This document shows positions 1-13,820 of a DNA stretch of 64,000 nucleotides, in pieces (position 1 is the stretch's first letter; each line of letters opens with the position of its first letter). The stretch spans positions 1 through 64,000 of the forward strand of contig JAVECL010000036.1 of NCBI GenBank assembly GCA_051942245.1. The letters run 5' to 3'. This DNA comes from Trypethelium eluteriae (taxonomy: Eukaryota). The position numbers and the translations under genes were made by a program. The notes beneath the pieces were generated by a model. That model saw nothing but the letters and a program-made list of their open reading frames with translations, was not told where the DNA came from and did no database searches.

Positions 1-53
1 ATAGGAAAGAATAGCGGCCGGCCCTTGACGAGGTGACGAGGAACGAAAGACGT

Positions 54-165
54 CCAAGCACCAAGCACCAAGCACCAAGCAGCCAGCAGCAGGCGGGAGC
101 GGCTGCAGGCGAAAGACGTGGGCGTAGGCGTGGGCGTGGGCGTGGTAAGGTGGTAAGGTGGTAGG
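54..165. repeat. Short tandem repeats: (CCAAGCA)x4, (GGCGTG)-type and (GGTAAGGT)-type units
   Basis: Directly visible. May lie in the 5' region of a gene outside the window (inference). Confidence 0.7.
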
Positions 166-1545
166 GTCATACTGTTAACTACTGGGAGGTCCGGAGAATA
201 GCATAGCGCCAAGCGCCACACGCCGGGGGCACATCACCGCACCGTCTGCCCTCCACCTAGTCACCTAGTACCTCGACGTCAGGCTTCTAGACAGCAAACC
301 ACCCGGCTCAGGCCCCCACACACTGCTTGCCGGCGTTTGGCGTGAGACATCGTTCGAATCGTTCAAATCTCGGAATCACGTCGCTCCAACGCCTTCGCTC
401 GCATTTCCTCCGGCAATGCGCGCGCACGTATCCACGTATCCACGCGCAACCCCCCCCCCCGCTAGGCCGAAAGCAGGAGCCTGGAAATGTTCCAGCACCA
501 CCAGGCCCGGACCAGCATTGACATTCATCCACTCACGTCGCAGCTGCCCAGCTACATCGCCCTCCGAAAGGCAATGACGGATCCATCCATATCAGACTTC
601 TCTTCCTCACCCCCGGTCGGATGGTCATCCATTGAATTGGACGCCTCTAAGCCTTACTCGGCGCAGATTTGGTGGGATCATCAATTTTGGCGCGTAACGT
701 CTTTTCCGAAACCAACAGGAAGCTCGGTTGCAACGAATCAACTCGTCTCAGCTGACGGCTCATCCTTTGACTTCTTGGTGCCTGGTTTTGCAACAGTACC
801 AATGGGAGAAAGGTGATGAGCTACCATTTCTTTACTGAGTCTGGTGCGAGAATGACGAAAGATGATGATTTTTTTTTTAGGAAGGGAGGGCTGTTGCGCT
901 GCCTGTTACCTGATGTTCTGATACTTACTTTGTCTGAATGTAGCTGGCGTGTCTTGTGGCCCTATGATGCTATCTAAGATTGGATTTCCCGGACTGTTGC
1001 GTGGATTACTCATTAGTTTGGTATCGCGATGACTGTGCTCCTTCAAGCCCGTTGTAAACCATTACTATAGGCACCTATTTATTCATGGGCCGTGTGCACC
1101 AGGGTTGCTTGATTGTCTCAGCGTGGTTCGACCCATTCGCAGCGATGTGTCACCCGTCGCAAACTGTCGATATCGTCCATGTCAATGGTCCCTGAATGCA
1201 CTGCGATCATGTGAAGCGTGCCCGCGGTAAATCTAGGTAAACACAAGCTGGTACACACTTCCGGCAATTCTCATATTCAAGGTCAATGGGACAGCGGGAT
1301 TGCAATTCTCCAGACGGCCCGATGCTTTGGGGAGCTGCATCCAGTGTTTCGGATGGGCCTCCCAAAGGCCGCCCATTCCATTATTCCTCGTCGGTGAAGG
1401 GGCGAGGTCAGAGTGATCACCCTTGCGCACGGACCAATGCTTAATTCCCCGGTCCCTGTCTTGCCCGTCCAGGATTCGGACGTCAACTCCAAAATTTCAC
1501 TTCGCCGCGACCGGCCCCACGCCCTCGAATTGCACCAGCAGCAAA

Positions 1546-4506
1546 ATGGCCGACGACCTCTACGACGAGTTTGGAAACTACATAGGTGATGTTGAGGAAT
1601 CCGACGAGGAGGATGTCCAGCATGGTGCCACTGATGGCGCTGCCTACCTTGACGAGGAGGAAGACGAAGAAGAAGCCGAGGCCAATTCTCAACAACTAAT
1701 GGAGGTCGATGAAGGCCCATCAAATGCTGTGGTGCTCCACGAAGACAAACAATACTATCCGACCGCACAGCAAGTTTATGGACCTGACGTGGAAACACTA
1801 GTGCAAGAAGAAGACACACAACCACTTACCCAGCCTATAATCGAGCCCGTAGTGGAAAAGAAATTTGCGGTCGAAGAAGCCGAACTACCTCCCGTCCAGT
1901 TCTCACGAAGTTTCATGGTAGACCTCATGAATTTTCCTGACCAAATAAGAAACATTGTCTTTGCTGGACACCTCCACCACGGCAAGACTGCACTAATGGA
2001 TATGCTAGTCATGCAAACCCATAGCAGCGTTCAAGAGATGCTTCAGAAGAGAAAAGGGAAGAAGAGAGATGAGCAGTTACGCTATACCGATACCCACTTA
2101 TTGGAGCGTGAGAGAGGCCTTTCCATAAAGACTTCACCAATGAGCCTGATACTGCCAAATTCGAGGGGCAAATCCCAACTCATCAACATTCTTGACACTC
2201 CCGGCCATGTTAATTTCGTGGACGAGGTGGCTGCTTCCTTACGACTGGCAGATGGCGTCGTTCTTGTTGTCGACGTCGTGGAAGGTGTCCAGATAAACAC
2301 CGAACACATCATCAAGCATGCTACCTTGGAAGGCATACCATTAACACTCTTGATCAACAAGATGGACCGTCTGATCGTTGAGCTTAAGCTCCCGCCTGCT
2401 GATGCCTACTTCAAGCTCAAACACGTCATTGAAGAGGTTAACACGGTCATTGAAAACACCATTCCAGGTCAAGGCGAGAAGCGACGGGTCAGTCCAGAAA
2501 AGGGGAATGTCGCATTCGCCTGCAGCAGTATGAATTGGTGCTTCACCTTGCCTTCCTTCGCCAAAATGTATGCAGACAGCTTCGAAGGGGTCGATGCATT
2601 GGAGTTTAGCCGAAGATTGTGGGGTGATATCTTTTTCAATCCTAGGAGTCGAAAGTTCTCAAGAAAGGGCCTGGAAGAAGGCAGCAAGCGGTCTTTTGTC
2701 AACTTTGTTTTGGAGCCTATCTACAAGCTTTACTCTCATACAATCAGTGAAAGCCCTGACGACCTCAAAGACACACTCGCACAACTCGGTGTGATTTTGA
2801 AACCTTCTCAGTATAAGACTGATGCGAAAGTTTTGTTGCGACTCGTTTGCGAACAATTCTTCGGGCCCGCGACGGGTTTTGTGGATATGGTTACACAGCA
2901 CATTCCCTCACCCGTAGAAGGTGCAAAGAGGATGCTGGAAAGATACTACACTGGACCGCTTGATACGACGACCGCTGAAGCTATGCAACAATGCGATGCT
3001 GATGGACCACTTGTGGTTCATATCACGAAGCTCTTTAACACCACAGATGCCAAAAATTTCCACGCCTTTGGACGAGTCATGAGTGGCACTGCTCGACCAG
3101 GCCAACAAGTCCGCGTACTTGGCGAGGGCTACACCATTGAAGATGAAGAAGACATGGTTCATGCGACAATATCAGATACGTGGATTGGCGAGTCTCGTTA
3201 CAACGTTCCCACGAGCGGTGTGCCAGCGGGTAACTGGGTCCTTCTGGGCGGCGTCGACAATTCTATCGTCAAGAGCGCCACAATCATTCCCTTGAAACTT
3301 CCTGAAGATGAAGATGCCTATATATTCCGTCCCATCAAGCACTTCTTCGAATCCGTCTTCAAAGTTGCTGTCGAACCTATCAATCCATCCGAACTTCCGA
3401 AAATGCTTGATGGACTCCGTAAAATAAATAGATCCTATCCTCTCATCACAACCAAGGTCGAGGAATCTGGTGAACATGTCATTCTCGGCACTGGAGAACT
3501 CTACATGGACTGCGTCCTCCACGACCTTCGTCGCCTTTACGCCGAAATGGAGATCAAAGTTTCAGATCCAGTGACACGCTTTTGTGAGACTGTTGTCGAA
3601 ACCTCCGCAATAAAGTGCTATGCCTTAACTCCAAACAAAAAGAACAAGATTACCATGGTCTCGGAACCTCTGGACGACGGGATTGCCACCGACATCGAAT
3701 CTGGTCGCGTCAAAATTACAGACCCCGTTCGCTCTGTCGGTAAATTTTTCCAAGATAACTACGACTGGGATCTCCTCGCCAGCCGCAATATTTGGGCTTT
3801 CGGTCCTGACGACACTGGTCCCAACATCCTCCAAAACGACACCCTACCCACCGATACCGACCAGAAACTGCTTCGCGCAGCACGGGACTCGTTGCGACAG
3901 GGCTTTAGCTGGGCCACGCGTGAGGGTCCTCTTTGTGAAGAGCCCATTCGTAACGCCAAATTCCGCCTCACTGACATCGCACTCGCCGAGGAACCCATTT
4001 TTCGGGGCGGAGGACAGATCATCCCGACCGCAAGACGGAGCTGCTACTCGAGCTTCCTGATGGCGAGCCCACGACTCATGGAGCCGGTCTACGCGTGCGC
4101 CGTGATGGGCCCCGCTGATGCCGTGTCGGCCGTCTACACCGTGCTCTCCCGCCGTCGAGGACATGTTCTGCAGGATGGGCCGGTTGCTGGAACACCGTTG
4201 TATAGCGTCAGGGGCTTGATCCCGGTCATTGATTCCTTTGGCTTCGAGACCGACTTAAGAATTCATACGCAGGGTCAGGCGACGGTGTCGCTGGTGTTCG
4301 ATCGGTGGAGTATTGTGCCTGGAGACCCGCTAGATCGGGACGTCAAGTTGCGACCACTGGAGCCTGCTGGAGCGCAGGCGACGGCAAGAGACTTTGTCCT
4401 GAAGACAAGGAGGCGGAAGGGATTGAGTGAGGACGTGGGGATTAGCAAGTTCCTTGAACCGGAGCTCTACCGGAGTTTGAGGGAGAGTGGAATTTTAGAT
4501 GGATAA
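1546..4506 (+). CDS. SNU114: U5 snRNP GTPase Snu114 (EFTUD2), intronless
   Basis: Starts MADDLYDEFGNYIG with an acidic N-terminus. Contains GHLHHGKT, DTPGHVNF, NKMD and EF-2-like C-terminal domains. ATG at 1546 is in frame with ORF 1423..4506. Confidence 0.97.
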   Translation: MADDLYDEFGNYIGDVEESDEEDVQHGATDGAAYLDEEEDEEEAEANSQQLMEVDEGPSNAVVLHEDKQYYPTAQQVYGPDVETLVQEEDTQPLTQPIIEPVVEKKFAVEEAELPPVQFSRSFMVDLMNFPDQIRNIVFAGHLHHGKTALMDMLVMQTHSSVQEMLQKRKGKKRDEQLRYTDTHLLERERGLSIKTSPMSLILPNSRGKSQLINILDTPGHVNFVDEVAASLRLADGVVLVVDVVEGVQINTEHIIKHATLEGIPLTLLINKMDRLIVELKLPPADAYFKLKHVIEEVNTVIENTIPGQGEKRRVSPEKGNVAFACSSMNWCFTLPSFAKMYADSFEGVDALEFSRRLWGDIFFNPRSRKFSRKGLEEGSKRSFVNFVLEPIYKLYSHTISESPDDLKDTLAQLGVILKPSQYKTDAKVLLRLVCEQFFGPATGFVDMVTQHIPSPVEGAKRMLERYYTGPLDTTTAEAMQQCDADGPLVVHITKLFNTTDAKNFHAFGRVMSGTARPGQQVRVLGEGYTIEDEEDMVHATISDTWIGESRYNVPTSGVPAGNWVLLGGVDNSIVKSATIIPLKLPEDEDAYIFRPIKHFFESVFKVAVEPINPSELPKMLDGLRKINRSYPLITTKVEESGEHVILGTGELYMDCVLHDLRRLYAEMEIKVSDPVTRFCETVVETSAIKCYALTPNKKNKITMVSEPLDDGIATDIESGRVKITDPVRSVGKFFQDNYDWDLLASRNIWAFGPDDTGPNILQNDTLPTDTDQKLLRAARDSLRQGFSWATREGPLCEEPIRNAKFRLTDIALAEEPIFRGGGQIIPTARRSCYSSFLMASPRLMEPVYACAVMGPADAVSAVYTVLSRRRGHVLQDGPVAGTPLYSVRGLIPVIDSFGFETDLRIHTQGQATVSLVFDRWSIVPGDPLDRDVKLRPLEPAGAQATARDFVLKTRRRKGLSEDVGISKFLEPELYRSLRESGILDG

Positions 4507-4922
4507 GAAAGTAGGGACACTGTCTGGCTGCGGAATTCTTTGAGTTCATTGAGTCAGAAAGGGAACTCGAGCAGGCCCTTGACCAGGAACCGTCATATAC
4601 GGCATGCCGCGAAAGCATAGCATGAACGTCGATCTTGTCCAATCTTTGCGCCGTGTCGCAAAACTGGTTTGGCAATGGTTCGGCAAAGATCCGGCTTGCA
4701 GACCGTATCGCCCTGAGGACTACACATTCATACACCTTTAAAATGTCCGGAGATACTACCGGAACTCCTCTGTACGCATTAATTGATCTACCCAGATGAA
4801 AATCTATGCCCGCATACTCTTGAGACTGATTCCCTTTTCCCTTTTTGCTTAAAAATCGTCAATTCATCCCAAGAGAAAAGACCTGGCATTCGAAATCGTT
4901 CCAATCACCATATTTGACTTTC

Positions 4923-6428
<1,506 letters not shown>

Positions 6429-7277
6429 GTTAGAGATTTTGTGGGTTGTTGGTACGATTCAAAAGTAGACCTCGTCGAATTTGTATTGCGGTGTTGAGTA
6501 AACCACTTTGATAGCTAGGAATGTATAAGCCAACGTTGAAGCTGAAATGTTTTTATGTACCAATCAGAGCACAGCTGACATCGGCCACCGGAAGCCGTTC
6601 TCCGCCCTCTCGCTGTCGCCCCGCGTGTCCCGGAATATCGCGCTGATAATAATACTCCTAGGTCAACATGAGCTAAAATCCGACAACTTCTTGTTCCCAT
6701 CCAGCATAAATGATGCTTAACGAAGCGGCTACGAATTCTCGGACTTCGGCAACCACCCTGCTCCCTTGCCACCACACCTTGCTTACGATGACTCTCCATA
6801 ATTTGCTTGAGCTTCATGCTCGCTCAGAACCTTCCAATCACGCCTTGTTTCACATTGTAGATGCATATTTTTTAAGTCTAAATAGGGTGGCACCCATCAT
6901 AATATTAGCTTTATTGACGGTTCGCCTGAAATGGACTCTAGGGGCCCGGACCGCCATGAGTGACCTACGCACTACAGGGGTTTCAACCCGCTAGTAAGGA
7001 AATTTCCAGTGAGGTTGCCGTTGTGTGTAGAGGGACAGAGGTAGAATCCAAGAGAGACCTATCTGAGGGCTGAGTTCCGTGAAAATCAAAAATTGCGATA
7101 CACGCAATTCAGGATCCTATCACTGTTTCTTCTTAGCGAGCAACCTACTCGATTTGTACGCCACGACAGAGCTTATCAGCCTAGAGAGCGAATCCGATTG
7201 TGGTGAACTGTTCATTTGACTATGAACTCGTGTAGTACACCAAAAGGGTGCTGCTCTTGGAAATTCCGGCTGAGATC

Positions 7278-8461
7278 TTATCCCTGGACACGGAAGGTCC
7301 TCCCAGTTGCAGTCTTTCGCTCCTTTTCTTCATTTTCTGGCCTTGCCCTGCGTAGTACTGTTGATGTTAGCTTTCTCCTTCGCCAGATAGTTGTCAGCTG
7401 GCGCATACCTTGCAGGAAGTCCGCTGTTCGCTTGCGCATTCTCGAGTGGATATAGGCCTAGATTAAACCAAGTAAGATAAAGTGTACCGCAAGGCCAGGC
7501 CAGGGTCAATTTCCTCACCTTTGAGGCTTTGATGTGGTAGTGGAAGTAGTCGCGGAATGTCTGGATATGGGAAATGACTTCCTCTCGCCGCTGCATCGAA
7601 ATATGCCTTGGAAAAAGAACAAAGGTGATGTAACCAATCTCCCCGCTTCCTGATTGGGCAAGGCCTGGAACGCCCTCTAGCTCCAAAGGTGGATCGTTGC
7701 GGAAAAGTACTTGAGGTGCGTTCTGGATGGCGCGTCGTCGGGCGTCTACAAACTCCTATGCTGATGTGTCAATGATGCCCTTTAATAACCGAAAGGTAGA
7801 ATTGGAAAGGCGTGCCTGGAGGAACACTTTGCCGAAGATTCTATCTGTATCCTCTCTGAATATCGTGCTGAAAATGACGGTGACTCTGTCGTAATTTGCC
7901 TTGACATAAATCGCTTCCTCCTCTCGATAATGTATGGCCCGAACCACCCCTCCTTCTCGCACGCCCTGAGGCGCCGATTCTGATGTGTACTTAGAGGCTT
8001 CCTCTTGTAACTTGGCGAACTCGTCAAAAGCTTGCTCAAACGGTGCTGCCATAGCGTTGCGCTTGAGGAGTGATATCCGCCGGATCAGGTCGTTACGAGC
8101 ATCTTCCTCAGCCGGCAGGTTTTCCAGGTCTACCGCTACCGAGAAATCGTACCCTTGCTCTGGTGATACAATGTAAGGGCCATATTCTCTTTCCAGCATC
8201 TGCTGCGCGCCATACTGGACCAGCTCATTGAAGCATCTTACAGATATGGAGATGAGGAGCTTGGTCTTAGTTTCTGGGGTAGATATGTGGAACGTCACCC
8301 CGTCAAAGTCCGAAACAACCTGATCTATGGAGGTAGGAGTGGCTCTAGTAATGTATCAACATCTTGTCCCTCGTGAATGTTTCGAGTCAAAAGACTCACC
8401 CTGAGAATCGGTCTTTGAGTAGAGACTCGATAAGTACATTTTGATAGTCAAGAAGAAGCAT
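7278..8461 (-). CDS. ARC35: Arp2/3 complex 34-kDa subunit (ARPC2), 5 coding exons
   Basis: MLLLDYQNVLIESLLKDRFSG...DFDGVTFHIS...FLQ|EFVDARRR...HIKASKAYIHSRMR...TGRTFRVQG*. One intron is GC-AG (7756-7815). A probable 5'UTR intron lies at about 8478-8668. Confidence 0.95.
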
Positions 8462-8928
8462 TTTTGTACGAGGAACCCTGCAACATCGTGTCAGACTTCA
8501 CTTGGGGGTTATGAATCAAGAGCGAGAGTTTGCAAGAGGATATAGGGTTGCATTTCAGAAATCCGATGCATTCATTGGGAGTAAGCTCCCTAACATAAGA
8601 GGTACCAGAAAGTTGTGTGTTGGTTCATCAGAGCATAGGCAAGAAGAGAACTTGAATTACGAGCGTACCTAGAAGCTGGACAGATCGTGTGTCTAGGTAG
8701 TGCCAGGGCAATTTTTCCTTAGTCTTGCGCACATGTTTTTCATACAGCCGCAATGCGAAAGATGAATGCGAATGCTAGCTGTGGGTTGCGCAGAGGTCGG
8801 CTGGAGCTCCGGTTCGCCAGGCGAGACCTCCGACAGGTCACATGACGCACTCTGTCGCGTACCTCATGCGCCAAATTTAATCCACCGCCTCCATCTCATA
8901 TCGAAATCAAACACACCAACTCATCGCC

Positions 8929-9662
8929 ATGGGTCGTCTTCACAGCAACGGCAAGGGCATTTCGTCAAGCGCGATCCCATATTCCCGTACTCCTCCAGCA
9001 TGGCTCAAGACTACACCCGATCAAGTTGTCGACCAGATCTGCAGACTTGCCAAGAAGGGTGCCACACCATCGCAAATCGGTGTTGTATTAAGAGATTCGC
9101 ATGGTATTGCCCAAGTGAAGGTTGTCACTGGTATGTCCGTTGATTTCTTGACGCACTAACGAGTCCAAAAACTGTACTAAAGCGACAAATAGGCAATAAG
9201 ATCCTTCGCATCCTCAAGTCTAATGGTATGCTCGCCTTTGGCTGAAGCGCATAATTCTGTACCGTTTCGCCTTCAAATTCATTCCCAATGCCTCTGTTTG
9301 GTCAGTGACTGACGGAGCGACTGTAAAAAAGGCTTGGCACCCGAGATACCGGAAGATCTATATGCAAGTTTTTCCTATCCATTTTGTACCGACTAATCTA
9401 ATCCTATGCTCTCAGATGCTCATTAAGAAAGTAAAGCTCCAATATGATATAGCGGGAGTTTGCGTGGATGCACTAACCCACTCTTCAGGCCGTCGCTGTT
9501 CGCAAGCATCTTGAGCGCAACCGGAAGGATAAAGACTCCAAGTTCCGACTCATCCTTATCGAGTCCCGCATCCACCGTCTATCAAGATATTACAAGTCTG
9601 TCGGTGCGTTGCCGCCAACATGGAGATACGAGAGCGCAACTGCGAGCACACTGGTGGCGTAG
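8929..9662 (+). CDS. RPS13: 40S ribosomal protein S13 (uS15), 5 exons
   Basis: [18 protein letters not shown]...[47 protein letters not shown]...ASTLVA*. Includes a 15-nt exon (9416-9430) and a GC-AG intron (9364-9415). Confidence 0.97.
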
Positions 9663-9954
9663 ATGCGCACTTCGGAAGGAAATGCTGATGGAGAATGGTG
9701 TGAAGATTCAGCTTCTGCGGCGCTGCGAGCGTTTGAAAGATCCATATGGCCCCTTGTTAGTTAGATGAACTCATCTAGATTCTCACTTGTAGGCATGACC
9801 TCTTGCGCTTGGCTGTGGGATAGTCACGCCAAAATATAGTCAGCCAAATCAAATTCACTGACTTTTCCCGCAACATTGTCAGCCATAGCTGGCATGGAAA
9901 TCCTGCCTTGAACGCCGTCGCTGTAGAAGATAAACCACTAAAATGCAATTGTGC

Positions 9955-10609
9955 CTAGGTGCCCTCAATCTCCCGGCTCCTTTCTCCTAGAAACTCCGCA
10001 AGCCATTTCAACGGTTTTTCAGGCCTACTCCCGAGTCAGCTAGTTTTTCCCCCTCTGAAAAGATCTTTCCTCGAGAAGTGGTAGACCTCACTCACTCATA
10101 GACCGCCAAATACTTCACACCCTCCAATAGATGCGGCGTCACATTTTGATTCAGATACACCCTTGTCGGACTCCCATGTGGGCTCGGTGCCGGCGGAGGT
10201 GCTAGTGATGTAGCTGCAGACGGTGTGGTGGGAGGGTTAGAGGAAGTGCGTGGGGCGGGACCACCTGGTTGGGACGGAGCAGGCGAAGCGACCATAGGAG
10301 CAGGTGGAGTTGCTGTCGAGGCTATAGGAATGGAAGGAGTTGGTGCCGTCGTGGACGTAAGTGTGTCGACTGGTGTATTTGAGGGAATGGCGGATGTAGA
10401 CTGGAGTAGTTTCGATAGGTCAGTGACGAGGGAATGACGAGATAGAAGAACAAGAAGAAAAGATGGGTCAAAGAACGGACTTCTGAAGGCACTCTGTCTT
10501 CAGACATTTCTACGTCTAGTGATGTGCCATTGAGGGCCGGCGTGGTGAGCAGCTGCTCTGGCGCCGACTGTGTTTGGCCATTCTGAGAGTCCGGGGCCCC
10601 CTCAGCCAT
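9955..10609 (-). CDS. SDC1: COMPASS subunit Sdc1/Dpy-30 domain protein, 3 exons
   Basis: Low-complexity N-terminus followed by the Dpy-30 motif HGSPTRVYLNQNVTPHLLEGVKYLAVYE|PEKPLKWLAEFL. Confidence 0.88.
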
Positions 10610-11703
10610 CAATTTGACACTGAATGACAGGACAGATTCGATAGTGTTGCAAGTTAATTACTTTCGAGGAGGTGATTTCGTGGAAGTATGCTCTGGAGAG
10701 CTTTGGTCGGACGCGTGGTCGACACACGCCGAACGCAGAGACGTCATCCTCCGCCCTTCCCAGCACATTCTCACACACGTCTACGGAGTACCTAAACACG
10801 ACATCAGAAAGGATCTCTTACTCCATTCAAAGTCTCTCACTAACCCTCAGTAAAATCGACGAACCCTATCATGATTCGAAAAGCGTGGGCATTTCTGATC
10901 AAGACGTCATAGAAATCCATACCACAAGTGCAAAACTTCTTTCCTTCCTTAATTTTGTTCTCTGTCATAGATCGGCTCTTTCCTAGCTACTATGAGAGCT
11001 CCTCTCATAAAGTAGATATTCTAGATACATCATTTGGAACTCTAGGGTCTGATCATTGGAAATCCCGCTATCTGGAATTTCTGTCTATGAGGCGTTACAT
11101 CTGGTGGGACTTTCGAATAGTGGAAGTATGAAAGTGAGCTTTTACTATTCCAGTCTGAATATATGTGCTTCAAGTCTCAAAGTCGTTGTGAAAACGAATG
11201 ATCATTGCACAAACTCATTCCTGATGCTATGGCTTTCCGGGGACTGATTACTCTATGTCTCAAATGATCCTTATAGAGTGGCAGAAGTAGGCGACGTCAA
11301 TCTGTGTGCTTGTGCATAATTATGACGCCTGTATTCAAATATCAGTATCATGCAAGGTACTTTGACATGTGCCGGTTTGCTCAGATCGTGTCTGCTGATG
11401 TCTTGCAGGCCCCACTTCTCTCCAAGTATATGGGTTTGGCTTGGCATTAGATAGATCAGTCCTCTGAAACTGTCTCCTTTGCAGGCTGCAGGGATTGCGA
11501 GTGTCTACTTCACTTTTGTCCCATGGTGAAAGTGAAAAGGTCACTTGCATCCTGCTGTTAGCCTTGCCTCCTATTTAGCTTCGATCTATGCCAAGCTCCA
11601 CTCCACTACCTTTGACTCGACCTATCTTCCTGCGGCACAAACCAGACCTTCACCCGACTTTGGCCACCTCCCGGGTTCTCTCCACAAGTCAAACGTATCT
11701 AGG

Positions 11704-12746
11704 ATGGCGAAAACCGAGCCCGCAGTGAAGGCCGAGTCTAATGTTCGTGAGGAGTAACAATTCAAGAGACTTTCGCTCATCTGCCACAGGTCACTAAGCC
11801 CAAATCTACAAGGGCCGCAATGAAGACCCCTTACAAGGCTTTGGCCTCCGAAGACAACGCTACTGTGGCAGTAGATGCCTTGTATGCCGGCGAAAGTCCT
11901 GAAGCTAGCGTCAGTGAAATCCTTCGTTATCTATGTGCACGTTAGCTAACGAATACTAGGTTTTGTCTAAGACTGAAGGCTTTGCTCTCGATCTCAAGGT
12001 TCGCTCTTCCCGTGGATTTACTGCAACCCGCACAGTGAGTCAATCTGTCCGAACTTTGAATATACATACCATACTCATGCATCAGTCAGATCGCCATCAC
12101 TGAAGGCAAGTATGCCGGTTGCTCTGCCATCATATTCAAGCCGGAATCGCCCTTTCGCTATTTGGAATTGCCCCTTGAGATTCGTGACCGCATTCACAAG
12201 ATCATTCTTCATACTGGAGGTCTTATACATCTTAGGCCAAAATCGAGCACGAAGGCCGGCATTACAGCTACAGGCTACTCCGGCAAAAATCGCCTTGCTC
12301 TCCTTGGAGTTGACAAGCAAACAAGGGTTGAGACCTTTCCGCTCATATACGGCAAGACGTCTTTTTCTGCCGATACCAGCAATACTTTCATCAAATTCCT
12401 CGTTGGTATTGGCAACGAAGCCCGTGGTCACTTGAAGAATGTCTCTCTCGACAATTACATTCGCAAGGACATTCATATGCTCTTCATGCTCTTGGCTGAA
12501 TGCAAGGAGCTCCGCCGCTTCCATGTTGCGATTTACCCCATGACGGGCCCGCCCGCTAAGCTCGCCAGGTGCTTTTCCATTGATGCTGGTAGCTGGCTTT
12601 CCTCTCGTGTAACTAAGTTAGGGAAGGAAATGGCTCTGGAACCGCTCAAATTCGGACCTCGCGCCCTGAGAACTCCAAATGGATTTAAGCCCTTCACCGA
12701 GAAAGAGATGGCGCTCTTCTATGAAGAACTCGAGAAGAAGATGTGA
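11704..12746 (+). CDS. Hypothetical fungal protein with an F-box-like FRYLELPLEIRDRI motif, about 4 exons
   Basis: ATG at 11704. Three short introns with GT donors and CTCAT/CTAAC branch sites join in frame to ORF 12162..12746. Confidence 0.7.
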
Positions 12747-13163
12747 TGCGATTCAGATATAATACATATTGAGAGAGAGAGAGAAATGGGAAGAGATGTG
12801 GCTCTTTTGAGATGGATCTGGCAGCACTACCTCTCGACGATGAGGAAGTTGCCAGAGAATGAAGTTTGCTTTGCATGATAGCACGGCTTGAAATTGAAGG
12901 ACAGATTGCTCAAACTAGCTCACTGAGTTCCATATTGCCCCTTGGCTCTTAAGGCTTAGAAATAATGAATCTTCTTCAAATCGACGCTTTATCAGAGGGT
13001 TGCTATGCTTCGATAGGTATTTGATTGATGAGGCTGTGGCCTTACCTATTCTTGGTTTATCTAGTTTGCACCGTCAGTCGGCGATTTTGTCCAGATAAGG
13101 TATTGATCATTCAGCCGAGTCACCAGGGATTTAATAAGAAATGTCGGCGAGATACAACCAGCT

Positions 13164-13590
13164 CTAGATCATGCTGGGAATCTTTCGGGTTGTGCAGAGC
13201 TAAAACAGGTTATAGGAGATCCTCTATCAACTCTTACTTGATATCCTTACCAACTGCATCTCTCTTCTTCGAACAAAGGGAGAACTTGCCAAGGAACCCT
13301 TAAAATGTGCGGAGGTCAAGACGTCAGGCAGCTCTGATAGTCCAGACATTTCTTACTACATCACCTAGCAGCCTCGCATGATTCGCTAGCCGAGCCCTAC
13401 AGTTAGGACCCGGGAGTACTGCTGTTTCGTCGCTGGACACAGACTCGGAGAAATCCTGCTTTCGTAGGCCAGTCCGCCGACCTTTAGGGAAATAGAACAC
13501 CTCCGGTTCCACCGGCTCGATGAGTGCTCCATGTGGGTCAAGGCAGGATGCTGGAATGAAAGGCACGAAGTATTGCGCAGGTGGAGACAT
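13164..13590 (-). CDS. Putative orphan small protein (about 105 aa, 3 exons)
   Basis: ORF MSPPAQYFVPF... plus two candidate introns (13299-13356 GTAAGA..AAG and 13200-13250 GTAAGG..TAG) that keep the frame open to TAG at 13164. No recognised homology. Confidence 0.3.
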
Positions 13591-13619
13591 TCTCAGCTTC
13601 GCGTATTGAACGACCCCGC

Positions 13620-13620
<1 letters not shown>

Positions 13621-13652
<32 letters not shown>
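13621..13652. repeat. (GT)16 microsatellite
   Basis: Directly visible perfect dinucleotide run. Confidence 0.98.
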
Positions 13653-13654
<2 letters not shown>

Positions 13655-13820
13655 AGGTGACTTGTTTAGGTGAGAAGAGGTATCACACAATGACATGACA
13701 CTAGTTATCAGGCCATTGTTATGTTGATATTTACATTTACTCGATGAGGAACCGTGATTTTATAGCTGCGTCGCGTAAAATGTCTTGGGTACCCGTTACT
13801 ATTATAAACAAATTGTCGCG

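Noticed and set aside
487..816. 109-aa plus-strand ORF
   Set aside because: No recognisable motif or supporting splice structure.
862..921. ATGATGA...CTGA, a possible C/D box snoRNA
   Set aside because: Short, contains a T-run, and has no terminal stem or recognisable rRNA guide.
1120..1140. GGTTCGACCC, resembling a tRNA T-loop or B box
   Set aside because: Flanks do not form a T-stem or cloverleaf.
1423..1545. In-frame upstream extension of SNU114 from TTG
   Set aside because: The family N-terminus begins at ATG 1546 in good context, and there is no evidence for non-AUG initiation.
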